Positions 12,000 to 22,433 of a stretch of DNA of 64,000 nt are shown in pieces. Positions within the stretch are counted from its first letter, which is position 1, and the number at the start of each line of letters is the position of its first letter. The notes under the pieces were generated by a model. That model saw only the letters and a list, made by a program, of their open reading frames with translations. It made no database searches and was not told the origin of the DNA. This DNA comes from Amphiscolops sp. MND2022 (taxonomy: Eukaryota), in assembly GCA_964187785.1 (NCBI GenBank), contig OZ076409.1, positions 12,340,001-12,404,000 on the forward strand, read 5' to 3'. A program made the position numbers and the translations under genes.

Positions 12000-13070
12000 T
12001 TTTTCTCAAGTGCCTACTGGACTACAAGTCCAATCATTGTTGAATGTTTGCCAACATTCTACCTTCAAAACGATCCAAAAACTACATATAAGCTGCATAA
12101 AAACGAGAAGATGTTGAACTTTTTAGATCTTTCGATTCATTTCGAGTCATTCTGGAGTGTTTTTGAAGCAAAACGCTGTAACGTACGCCTCAATAGATTT
12201 CCTGCATAGCTTTCGTTTTTTCGTTTTGACTGCGTCAGAACTTAAAACGAAAGCTCTCGGAAATTGTACAGAAATTGCATCAAAACGACAAAAACTTTAT
12301 ATTTATCGACATTTTCTGAGTCAATTTGAGGCATTTTCTATTACAAATTGTGTTTATCGATCAACGAAAGCTCACCGAAACGAGAAGTATTTCCATTGTA
12401 TATGGGGTTTAACCTTCTAGTCCACGAAGTCTATCGATAAAATGACAAAAACTGCATAAACACATTGAAAATTTGGAAACTTTGGGTTTTAGTCAAATTC
12501 GGTGCCAGTTTGAGATATTTTTCAACCTAAAAACCCCAATTATCTCTTCTTAAAAGACTACTGGACAACAAGCTTGTTCCTTGTTGACTCTTTTCAACGT
12601 TCCGATCTACGAAGTCTGTCGTAAATTTGACAAAAATTGCAGAAAAACTTTGAAAATTGGTAAATTTTCCGTTTTTTGTCATTTTCAGTTTCAATGTGAG
12701 AAACTCTTCGCTTAGAAAACAGCAATTATCTCTTCAAAAAGCCTACTGGAAAACGGTGTCCTGCCATGTTGAGCGCTTTCAACATTCTAGTCCACGAAGT
12801 CTATCAAAAATTTGACAAAAATGCACAAAAACGTAAAAAATAGAAAAGTTTTGGAATTTTTGTCTTTTTTGGGGTAATTTTCACTGACAAAACCGCATTT
12901 ATCTTTTCATAGTATTTTATTGGACAACGAATTCGTGTTTTTTGGACGTTTTCAACATTCTAATCCACGATTTTTATCGAAAAATGACAAAAATTTCATA
13001 AAAACATTGAAAATTGCAAAATTTTTGACTTTTGTCGTTTTCGGGGTCATTATGTGTCATTATGGGTTCA
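12000..13070 (+). repeat. degenerate tandem repeat, ~185-bp period
   Basis: Recurring CTACTGGA (~12013, 12558, 12743) and TTCTAGTCCACGAAGTCTATC-like motifs (~12415, 12600, 12786, 12957). Confidence 0.6.
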
Positions 13071-13199
13071 TTTTTGTCATTGCCAAAAAAGGTGACAAAT
13101 CTCTACTAAAACATATCGCACGAAGTTAAATTTACGTGAGTTGAATTCTATGGGTAACGCCATTTAAGGTGGATATAAAATTCGTGCTTGGCAAATTTT

Positions 13200-15270
13200 G
13201 TAAAAAAAAACCGTTTGATATAAATTTTTTCCTTTCCCATATGAAATATGGGCGGAACATAACAAACGAGACCGATTACATGAAGTTTGGTGGAAGGAAT
13301 CCAGCAGCGACCTGAAACAATCAGTTTATGCAAAACTGAGAAACCTCACTGAAGCGCTTATTAGATCAAAAAACGATAAAAAGTACAAAACAAATTCGAA
13401 CAGAGTTATGATATGAAAACTTTCCATCGGCAACCTAATGAAATGGTCGGCAAACTCCAACATTCTATTTTTTTCTTATTTCAGCAATTCTAGTGACATA
13501 TCAAAGTTCAACGATTACTTCCCTAAAGTAGGCACTAAGCTGGAAAAAGCCATCAGCTTTACACCATACTCTTCTATATTGGAGAACCAAGTACAATCAA
13601 AGTTCCTTAAACCTGTCTCTGAGAATGAAATCGGAAACATAATACAAAAATTGAAGAATGAGAGATCCTCTGGTTCCGATGGCATTTCAAATAAAATGTT
13701 GAAACTTGCATCTTCAGTCAATGTTACATCTTTAACAATATTAATGAACAGGAGTATGGAAAGAGCTACTTTTCCTCATGTACTAAAAATAGCTAAAGGT
13801 ATTCCAATTTACAAGGAAGGAGATAGTGAAAGTTTTGAAAATTATAGTCCATTATAACGAACAATGTATAAGAGAATAGGGTTTTAGATTATATAAATGC
13901 ATTTCAATTACAGTCACCATCGCAGTTTGGGTTTAAGAACAGGTTTAGATGGAAAAATTCCTGCCTGTTGTGCTTTTTTTCGATTTGAAGAAAGCTTTTG
14001 ATACCAACAATCATTCGATTTGCTGGAAGAATTAGAGTGTAAGGTTTCAGGGGACCAGTACAGAATTTGTTCAAGTCATATCTTCAGGGCAGAAAATAGT
14101 ACGTACAGTCGGTCAAAATAATTCATACCTTCGAAGTATAATGTGTGGTGTACCTCAAGCGTGAGTGGTTGGGCCGTCATTTCTCATTTTGTATGTTAAT
14201 GACCTTCCAAATGCAGCGACTTTTCGTGTAACCCTTTCGCCGATGATACCAGTGTTCTTGAGCGTATTACAAACTTCAATCTTTCCATTCTAAATCAAAC
14301 TATTCGGGATATTGATACTTGGAGGAGAGGAAATCGACTCAAATGTAATGTAGATAAATCGAAAGCTGTGGTGTTTGCCAACAAAGTGAATCAAGGTTTG
14401 AACTTCGAAGAATATCAAATAGTCATTAAACCGCAATTGAAATACCTAAGTATTGTGATAGATGATAAACTAACTTTCTGTGATCATGTATTGAGACTTA
14501 GAAACGAACTACTGTTCTGTAATTACATCGTTCTCTGAACCAGGAATTACCTAACAAGATCGCAATTGCTTTTCTATTATAAGACACGACACATGTTAAT
14601 GCAATTATACAGGACAGAGTTCTCATTTATGGCTGCACCGCATATTGTAATCTTGATCCGGTCTTGAAGATCCAAAAGCGAATTATTCGAAACTTTTGTT
14701 TTCTTTCTAAGTATGCCAGCGTGTCAGACTATTCGGTAGCAAATTACCTCCCATCGGTATATGAACTTAATGTCTATAAACTTTAAAGTTCATTGTCAGA
14801 TCGATCCGCTGTGAGCATCAGTAATAGTCTACTGGTACCTCGTTGAATTGGGTAAGGACTCAGGTCTGCGAAAAAAAACGAAGTCTGTGTCCGTTTCGGA
14901 AAAAGAAAGAAGCTCGACCATTCACTTCAAAAACGAATACCCGAACTTTATAACAAAATGTTTGAAACATCAATATTGGCTCAGTCAGATGAAATTTGTA
15001 GTTTCCATGACAAAAATGCTAATCGATGTTGTGACGAATTCTCCTCCATTTTGTTCTGGGAAACCAGGACATTGTTGGTTTTGTTTACTACCTCTCACCC
15101 TTGTAGTAGTTATTGTACTGTGTGTGACGGGCCTAACCCAGCCTGCTCTGTACGGTGTCTACTGGGTTCTCTGATGCTGGGTAGCCTTTGGTTTGAAGTT
15201 TGTACAGTCTTGTAGAATCTTCTTTTTTGGGTTGAAAGGTTATTTTCTGAGAACCCAGTAGATACCTACC
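13200..15270 (+). mobile_element. decayed non-LTR retrotransposon (CR1/L2-group LINE) ORF2 and 3' UTR
   Basis: ORF 13438-13857 (FNDYF..., EIGNIIQKLKN..SSGSDGISNKMLK, FPHVLKIAK.IPIYK.GD...NY.P), followed by broken RT motifs QFGF, DLKKAFDT, CGVPQ, FADDT and KYL..VIDDKLTF. Confidence 0.85.
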
Positions 15271-16114
15271 TGCCAAAATAACTTCCCAATAGCTCACCAG
15301 TAGAGCCACGGTCCTCAAGTTATTTCAACTTTATGTCTCAAAAAATTATTGGAAATCAATAGATCAAATTGTTTCGAACAAAAAAAAGATATAATAGTTG
15401 CCACGCCTCCAAATTTCATTTCGAGTCAATCAGGCTCTCATTACGCGGGCTCCGGCCTTTGAGAGTCTGTTCCATATCATGATGTGCGTTGTAAACGATC
15501 GTTGAATAATAAGTTTTTCTACTTTTTAATATGCGATTTGTTAATTTCATCATGGAATTGATAAATTCAATTATTATAATTCTTAATATTATAACGTTAC
15601 AAGTTCGGATGAAGCGTGCTGGGTTAAATGGCAACTCTTCTTCTAAGCACCAACATATTAACTAGAAAGTGGAGTAAAAAATGGAGATTTAGCAAAGTTT
15701 GGAAAAACAAACGTAACACAGATTGTGATTTTCCTCCCCATACACAAATAAATTTGTGGGGGCGGAAAATAAAATTGCATCACTTTCACTCTTTCCTTGT
15801 CTTCATCACAGGGTCCTTGAACCTGGCTGAAGTAAGTTTCCAACCAGCTGTTGTTAGCTCTCACACACCACGTTTTTTATGAGACACAAGTTTGAGCTTA
15901 GTTGTTTTAGAAACCAATGAAACTTTTTTGGCTGTTGTGATATTGACTGACCGTTGGGTTTGCCCAACTTGCACGAGGTGGAAATCATTTTCTACTAAAA
16001 CAAATTTTTAGTGTTGAATTTATTAAGAAACCGTGGAGTCAGTTTGAAGAGCAACAAACAGTAGCTAAACAGTAGCTCTGTCTACAACATAGACTTCTTG
16101 CATCGAAAAAACGC

Positions 16115-16460
16115 TTTTTAGTCGACCTTTTCGATAGAGAACGCAGACTTAGTAGTGGCTTTTTTCAAGACTTTTTCAACAGACACATTTCGATATAAGT
16201 TGTAACTAATTTGCTCCGACTTTTTGGCCTAGCGATTTCCAGGCTTGGTGATGGGGACTGAGAAGCAGAAGTATGCGGGTTCGAGTCCCGCAATAGAGCA
16301 AGTTTTCTATGCTTGCAAAGGTAAAGGAAAGACCAAACTGGCCCCTTTTCAAGGTCAGCACTGTGTGACTTTTTTTCTTCATTTTTAAAATCGATACCCC
16401 TTTCAATTGCTAGCAAAAACGAAGCGTTTTGTGAGCATAGAGTGGCCCTCCAATGCTATT
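16115..16460 (+). mobile_element. degenerate HINE-family copy containing a B-box/tRNA T-arm-like motif (3' end uncertain)
   Basis: Starts TTTTTAGTCGACCTTTTC...GAACGCAGACTTAGTAGTGGCTTTT, resembling the reverse complement of the end of 1074-1420. GCGGGTTCGAGTCCCGC occurs at ~16275-16291. Confidence 0.45.
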
Positions 16461-18171
16461 TACTGAAGATTTTTTCTGAAACAAATTTTGGAAAAATGAT
16501 CAAAAAAAACTTTTCCCCACAAAATTTTCGGTTTTTTGAGCTTTTCTGTCAAAGAAAACAGTGTTCCGAGTATCAAGATTGACCTCTTTGGTTTTTGTTT
16601 TTTTTGTGGAACTGATGAGTTTATATCTTTCAATAATGGTGGAAAAAAATTACGATTTTTTGGCTCTTTGCGACTTTTTTCAGTTTGTTCGGTATTTTCC
16701 TGAAAATAGGGTTCTCTTTTTTGCAAATTAACAATTCCGTAAATTGAAAAAAAATTGAGAGATTGCGTACTCTCGAATTGGCTATTTTGTTTGCGCTGGT
16801 CGATGGAAGACATCGATTTCGGAAATAATTTGGAAGTTCAATTCAATTAGAGTTTTGTTTTTAAAAATGATCAAATCGTTCGAATCCAAAAAATAAAAGT
16901 TGTCCAGACAACAGAATAATAAGTATGCCAGCTATTTTGAGACACAGGAAGGTTGTCGTAGTCGCTGAAGTAGACTAAGAATATTTCCATTCAATTCGAA
17001 TTTGGTTGTTGGAGTATTACTTATTAATGTCTCAAACAAAAGGCACCCAAATTATGAAGTGGTTCAATAAAATCATGAAGAGGCGTGCTCTCTGAAGTTT
17101 GGGCGTGTCTCCAAAACAACGTATATGACGTCATAATCTCTTCCGTTTCCATGAAAACGTTTCAAATTCAGACGCAGATTTGTTTCATCGATCAAGAATT
17201 TCACAACAGGAGGAGTTTGATGGCGCTTGAGAGGATGCTTTTATCTAGCCGGTCGTAAGACTCAGTGGAGCCTGCAGGTATATTGGACATCCAACTAATG
17301 TGAAATATCGCCTCATTTTTGCCTAGAAACCGAACTTCGCTTCACTTTGAAGTATTTTTGGTTGAGAGCTTCCTTGTGTTCGTATATGGGTCACTTCCAT
17401 CTGAGTTCAATGCTCACTTTACTATGTTTTTCGGATGTTGATGTTAAGCTAAATACAGCAAGAGGCCTGGTTGTAAAATCAGTATTCACTGAAGTATAGT
17501 TCAATAGTAATAGACTATTTATGACATGAAAGTACTCATATAACTGGTATCTGCAAGCTGCTGGACAAACCGGAACTTGTTATTCTAAAGGTGCCAGGCT
17601 TCTCGGCTGTACTTGATTTTTTGAACGGTAGCACTTCTAACATTTCATTTTGTAGGCAATCCATTCGTTCAGGACCTGTTTTTACAATGAATCGCTCAAA
17701 ACATGCTTCAGTTAAATACGTGAGAACATTGTCTAGCATTGAAGAACCTAATTCCACTTTAAAAGATCCTAATAAAAATCCATAACTTTTTAAAATATAC
17801 CTTTCCAAACGAAATTTGATCATAACTCAGTGTGATTTAGGCAAAAGTAAACTTGATTTAAAATCGTACTTTTCCGTGCATTGGATTTGATCAAGTAAAT
17901 TAGATTTAAACAAGCAACCGTATAGGAAAGAGAAATCAACTTTTAATTATACTTTTTAGGTAACTGTTACCTCGTATATGGGTTCCTTCGCCAAGCATCT
18001 AGGTAAATAGCTCAAGGTATAAAAAACTGTTGAAGTAGAACTTCAAGATTGAAAAGCAGAATATGAAAAGCAAATGAATATCTGAATTTATCGATGTCTA
18101 GCAATTTTGACAGGTGTTAGTAAATAGACTGTTCACACTTATGCGTTTTGTCTAGCACTAAGGTTAACTTT

Positions 18172-18572
18172 TGAGCTGTTAAAAAGTTGTGTGGTGGTTT
18201 CTTTTAGGAGTGTTAGTACTGACATAAGAAGTCTAAGATTTTAACAGCGGAGTCGTCTTATCTTATATCTTGTAGCTAGCTAGTTCTGAGAACAATCTAT
18301 TTCTGAGATCTCAGTTATCGAAGTGCGGGAGGAAGACCGATTGTTAGGATGAATTCTCAATTTCTCCGAGTAGATATATTCTATTAACTAGGGTAGGTTA
18401 CATCAATTAACAATGTGACAGCAACAGGATGAATCAGGGGAGCTTGATACAGGATCTATTAAATGAAGTTTCTTAGCTTCTAAATTAGATTACATTTACT
18501 AATTGCTTTGGTTAAGAGTTCAGAGTATTTCAGATTTATAGAATCTTTGAGGACATGCATCATGGCATCACA
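18172..18572 (-). repeat. 3' LTR of the giant Gypsy element
   Basis: Plus strand TGAGCTGTTAAAAAG...CATGGCATCACA, same length as 35693-36093. Confidence 0.97.
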
Positions 18573-19630
18573 ATCAACCGGGAATTTAAAATAAATTACA
18601 TATATGCACTTTGGGTTTGAGGAGTTCTAGAAGTTTTTGTTATATGCATGGGTTTGTTTCATATGTGTTGTACTAGAGTTGTATGAGTTTCGTTTTGTAG
18701 AGTACCATACTTAAGGAGTGAGAACAACCTAAGACGATTTGACTTCTTACGTCATAGACGATTCAATTGGTGCAAAAAGGTTCAGGCAAGGTTCAAGTTC
18801 TTTCAGTTTCTTTGACTGACAAGTTCTTTGAAGTTATTGTTGACAACTATTTATCATTTCATGTTTCTTTTTCGTATCAGCCATCAGCTTGTTTGAAAAA
18901 ATTCTTTCATCAACATGAGTTAGTCAGCATTGAAAACTTTTCAAGTTGAAGAATTAAAGCGTGAAGTTGTCAATGAGTTGTGAACCAACATTGGCGGGTA
19001 TGTGAACCAAAAGTGAAGAAGTTTCGAAAAGTCAAGGTTCAAGTGAGAGTTCCTTTTCAACGAAAGTGAAGAGTAGAGCAGAGGCAAAAGTTGAAAAAAA
19101 ACTTTGGCAATTTCAAGTTTCAAACATTAGAAAACTAGAAGGGACATTTTTTAAGAGTTCCAAAGAAAAATTTGGAAAATTTTTGGGAATGCTTTTGGGG
19201 ATTAAAACAAAGGTGTAGAACATGTTTTGTAAAAGAAAAAATTTTTGTCCAAAAATCTTAGAAAATTTCTTGTACTGTAGGTAGGACTTGTGTTCTGTAA
19301 AAGATGGGTATTGGAGATATATTTTTGAAGTGTATTATAGATGTATCAACATAATTAGATAAGATTAAGTTATTGTACTATACACAAGACAATAGGAGCA
19401 GATAATATTGTGGTTACAAAGATAATTATCGGTAGAATTTTGAAGGGATTTTGCAATAATGGGGTAATTAGAATGCGATTACAGAAGAATAAGATTATAT
19501 AAGAGTATATAGCACTAAAGATTAGGGAAGAGTATATAGCATTACACTGTATTAAAGTTATAATTTGATTAAAATAAGTTACAGGTTATATTGGTTAAAA
19601 GTGATTATACAGTTCAGTTTGAAAATTGAG

Positions 19631-19852
19631 TCAAGTTTTGATTATAATGTTTGAAATTTGGAGTGGAGTATAGTCCATTAGAGTTTGAAGACCAGTCAAG
19701 AAGTCAGCATTTGAGGTGTGAAGACCAGTCAAGAAGTCATCGTGGAGTGTGAAGACCAGTGACGAGGACAAAATTTGGCAACGTCGATGAACCCAAAGTG
19801 GAGATGGATGTTGTTGACCATCGAGTGTGGGTGGAGTGAAGAGTTTCAGCAT
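19631..19852 (-). CDS. small orphan ORF (73 aa) with a 33-bp internal repeat (DFLTGL(H/Q)T)
   Basis: ATG-started, same strand and codon bias as the element. GAAGACCAGTCAAGAAGTCA is repeated. Coding status is uncertain. Confidence 0.3.
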   Translation of the reverse strand: MLKLFTPPTLDGQQHPSPLWVHRRCQILSSSLVFTLHDDFLTGLHTSNADFLTGLQTLMDYTPLQISNIIIKT

Positions 19853-19969
19853 GTGTAGGAGTTTTTTGAAGGAGTGATCGACAGCTACATCTCAAACATC
19901 ATTGAAGAAGGATGATGGATTCAAGAAGAGATGGAGTTGAAGAGTGATAAAAGTAAGTAGAATATTGTT

Positions 19970-20422
19970 TTAGTTGTAGAGAGGATGTTGTTGAGGTGGG
20001 TGTGCCTGATGTTGATGAGGATCATAGTGTTCGAGTTTCTGGGTATATCCAAAACTATGAAGCATCTCGTTAAATGCGTTTGTGGCTTCGTGTAGGGCAG
20101 CTTGAAAATATTGGTCTTTAGACGTGAACGCCGAGTTTAACACAAAAACGACGTTAGAAGCCGTTTCACAAATGGCAATTTTTGGTCCGGCGACATGAAT
20201 CCTTGAATATTGTTCAAATGTAATGTGTTTCTTTTTGATTTGGGCGACATTATATAGGACTTTCAGAAAGACGATAAGAGATTTTGGCGATATTTTATTG
20301 TTATTGATCTCCAGGGAAATTTTGTAGGCCTTTGTGTGAAAAATAGCTGCTTTTAGGCTATGAACTTTTGAGTGGCTGGAAGTCATTGTTATTATATCTT
20401 GTATTTCAGCGTTGGGGGCCAT
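19970..20422 (-). CDS. orphan accessory ORF (150 aa) of the Gypsy element
   Basis: Intact ATG-to-stop ORF in good context (GTCATGG), preceded by a pyrimidine-rich tract. Globular-like composition with a Q/H/P tail. No family recognised. Confidence 0.6.
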   Translation of the reverse strand: MAPNAEIQDIITMTSSHSKVHSLKAAIFHTKAYKISLEINNNKISPKSLIVFLKVLYNVAQIKKKHITFEQYSRIHVAGPKIAICETASNVVFVLNSAFTSKDQYFQAALHEATNAFNEMLHSFGYTQKLEHYDPHQHQAHPPQQHPLYN

Positions 20423-20841
20423 GACGAGAGAGTCCTGTAGAAGACGAAAAAGGAGAAGTGGAGATGTTCTGAAAGAGAATGGAAGGAGGAGGAAGAAGAA
20501 TGGATGTTTCTAAAACAAAGGAAGTGTAAGAAGAATGACAATATCAAGTCAAAGATGTACAACAAAATTGGGTGCTATAATGTATCATATGTAGTGTTGT
20601 GCTATATTGTCTTGTATGTCTTGTATTGTAGTTTTTTTTGATAGAAATAGTTAGCTTTTTGACATGTACTGTAGGAAAAAATAGTGTACTTGAAAAATAG
20701 TCCTGAGATTTCATTCAAAAGCAAGAATTTACTTTAAATAAGTAGGTAAAAATGAAAATACCTTTTATAATGTGCCACAGATGTATCATAGAGTGTACCA
20801 GAGAAGAAAAATTAGGAACTTTATATTACCTGTAGAAGAGT

Positions 20842-22224
20842 TTAATGAAGATTAGTTGAGTTAAAAAGAGTAGTTATAGTTTCCAAAGCAGATTGGATTG
20901 CTTGGGATGGTTGAGTGATGCGTTGAGAGTCTAAATCGAGTGTCTGAAGGAGTTTGTGTGTTCTGTCGTAGCAGTGTAGTATATGTGTGAGTGTTGTGAT
21001 AGATGTTTCAGAGGAGTTTCGTTTATAGGGTTCAAGTAAACTTGTTATGTCGCGAAGTGTTCGATTGTTTAATACAGAGGAAAGTTTGTCAGGAGCGTTT
21101 TTTATGGGTGAAGCGTGTGCTTTATGTTCAGTTTTTTGTTCAGCTTGTACCATGAAAGAGATAGTTTTGGCAGAGATAAAGAGAAGTTCATTGTAGGAAT
21201 ACGTTTGCTTGTAGAGTGCTGTATAGTACGTTCTATCTTTATCGTCAAGTGGAGAAGATACTAGGTGTTTAATAACAGTAAGAGGTTTGGCAATTTGAGT
21301 AGGAATGTTGCAAGGCAACAAAAAATCATCGTAATGTATGAGATATTCTTGAGGTACAATAAGTGGGCGTGAAGTATTGTTGTATGGAAGCAAACAGATA
21401 TATTGTTTTATAGGGTCATAGTTTCGAAGGTAGCCTGTTATACAGGAGTGGTCCAGAGTGTACATATTTGTCATTGTGAACAGTGATGTATATTTGTAAT
21501 TGACAAAAATGTGATTTTGGGGTTTCGTGTATTGCAGGAATTTAGTATATGTTTGATGATGAGTAGCTTTTTGTGCTATAGAGAGAAAAAATGGATCAGA
21601 TTCATCTGTTTTGAGATCGTATATAGAAGGTCGAAGAAAATTGAATTGGAGAGAGAAAATTTTAACTCCGTTTTTGACCCAATATTGGTATGGACCCATT
21701 ATTTTGGAAGCAATGGATGTGAAGAAGTCTTGATTTTTGTCAAATAAGCGAAATGAATAGTCAGTAGGATGCATATATAGAGAAGTTGGCTGTGCTTTGG
21801 AGACGAACTCGTCAGTAGAAAGAATTGAGGTCAAATAATCGTCGCGGTTCGTGCAAAGTGAAATTTTTGAAGGTATTGAAGGAGGATATATTGGTGATGA
21901 AAGAAAGATTGGATTTTTCATAATTTCATATCGTTTTTTTGGAGGAGGTGGTGTCGATTGTGTATGATCAGTATCATCTTGTGGAGGAGTTGGTTTTGAA
22001 TTTTCGTTTTCAACTGTTGTGTGTTCTATTGGTTCAAGAAAAGTTGGAGGTGTTTGTTCTGAAGTCTCAATATAGAAAACAGGAGAATCATTTGAAAGAG
22101 GTCTAGTTATAAGATCTGTTGGGGTTGCTTGTTCAAGCTGAGTTTGTAGGTCAATTTGTGCTTGTGTCATTGTTTTAAAAACATCAACAATCACAGTGTT
22201 ATCTATTCCAAGAGGCCTTAGCAC
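20842..22224 (-). CDS. orphan accessory ORF (~460 aa) of the Gypsy element
   Basis: Long uninterrupted frame in AT-rich DNA downstream of env. Contains PPPPKKRY (NLS-like). No family recognised. Confidence 0.75.
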   Translation of the reverse strand: MLRPLGIDNTVIVDVFKTMTQAQIDLQTQLEQATPTDLITRPLSNDSPVFYIETSEQTPPTFLEPIEHTTVENENSKPTPPQDDTDHTQSTPPPPKKRYEIMKNPIFLSSPIYPPSIPSKISLCTNRDDYLTSILSTDEFVSKAQPTSLYMHPTDYSFRLFDKNQDFFTSIASKIMGPYQYWVKNGVKIFSLQFNFLRPSIYDLKTDESDPFFLSIAQKATHHQTYTKFLQYTKPQNHIFVNYKYTSLFTMTNMYTLDHSCITGYLRNYDPIKQYICLLPYNNTSRPLIVPQEYLIHYDDFLLPCNIPTQIAKPLTVIKHLVSSPLDDKDRTYYTALYKQTYSYNELLFISAKTISFMVQAEQKTEHKAHASPIKNAPDKLSSVLNNRTLRDITSLLEPYKRNSSETSITTLTHILHCYDRTHKLLQTLDLDSQRITQPSQAIQSALETITTLFNSTNLH

Positions 22225-22433
22225 TTTAAAGTGAAAGTACTATAAATTACACTAACGAGTGGATTTATCAACTTTAGTTGAAGAGTTTTTGAAGACGGTT
22301 ATTATTGGAGAAGTATTGTTGGGCTGAGGAAGATGAACTTCTGCAAGAGTTTCGAGCGGTGGAGGAGTAGCAATTGTGAAGAGATAGTAGGGAAGTGTAC
22401 TGAAAGAGAGTTACAGAAAAACTGAGAGAGTGT

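Noticed and set aside
15416..15900. Possible minus-strand LINE ORF2 fragment (KLTNRILKSRKTYYS)
   Set aside because: The resemblance is limited to one short motif, too weak to annotate without a search.
16240..16300. tRNA gene
   Set aside because: Only a T-arm/B-box is present; no convincing D-arm, anticodon arm or acceptor stem.
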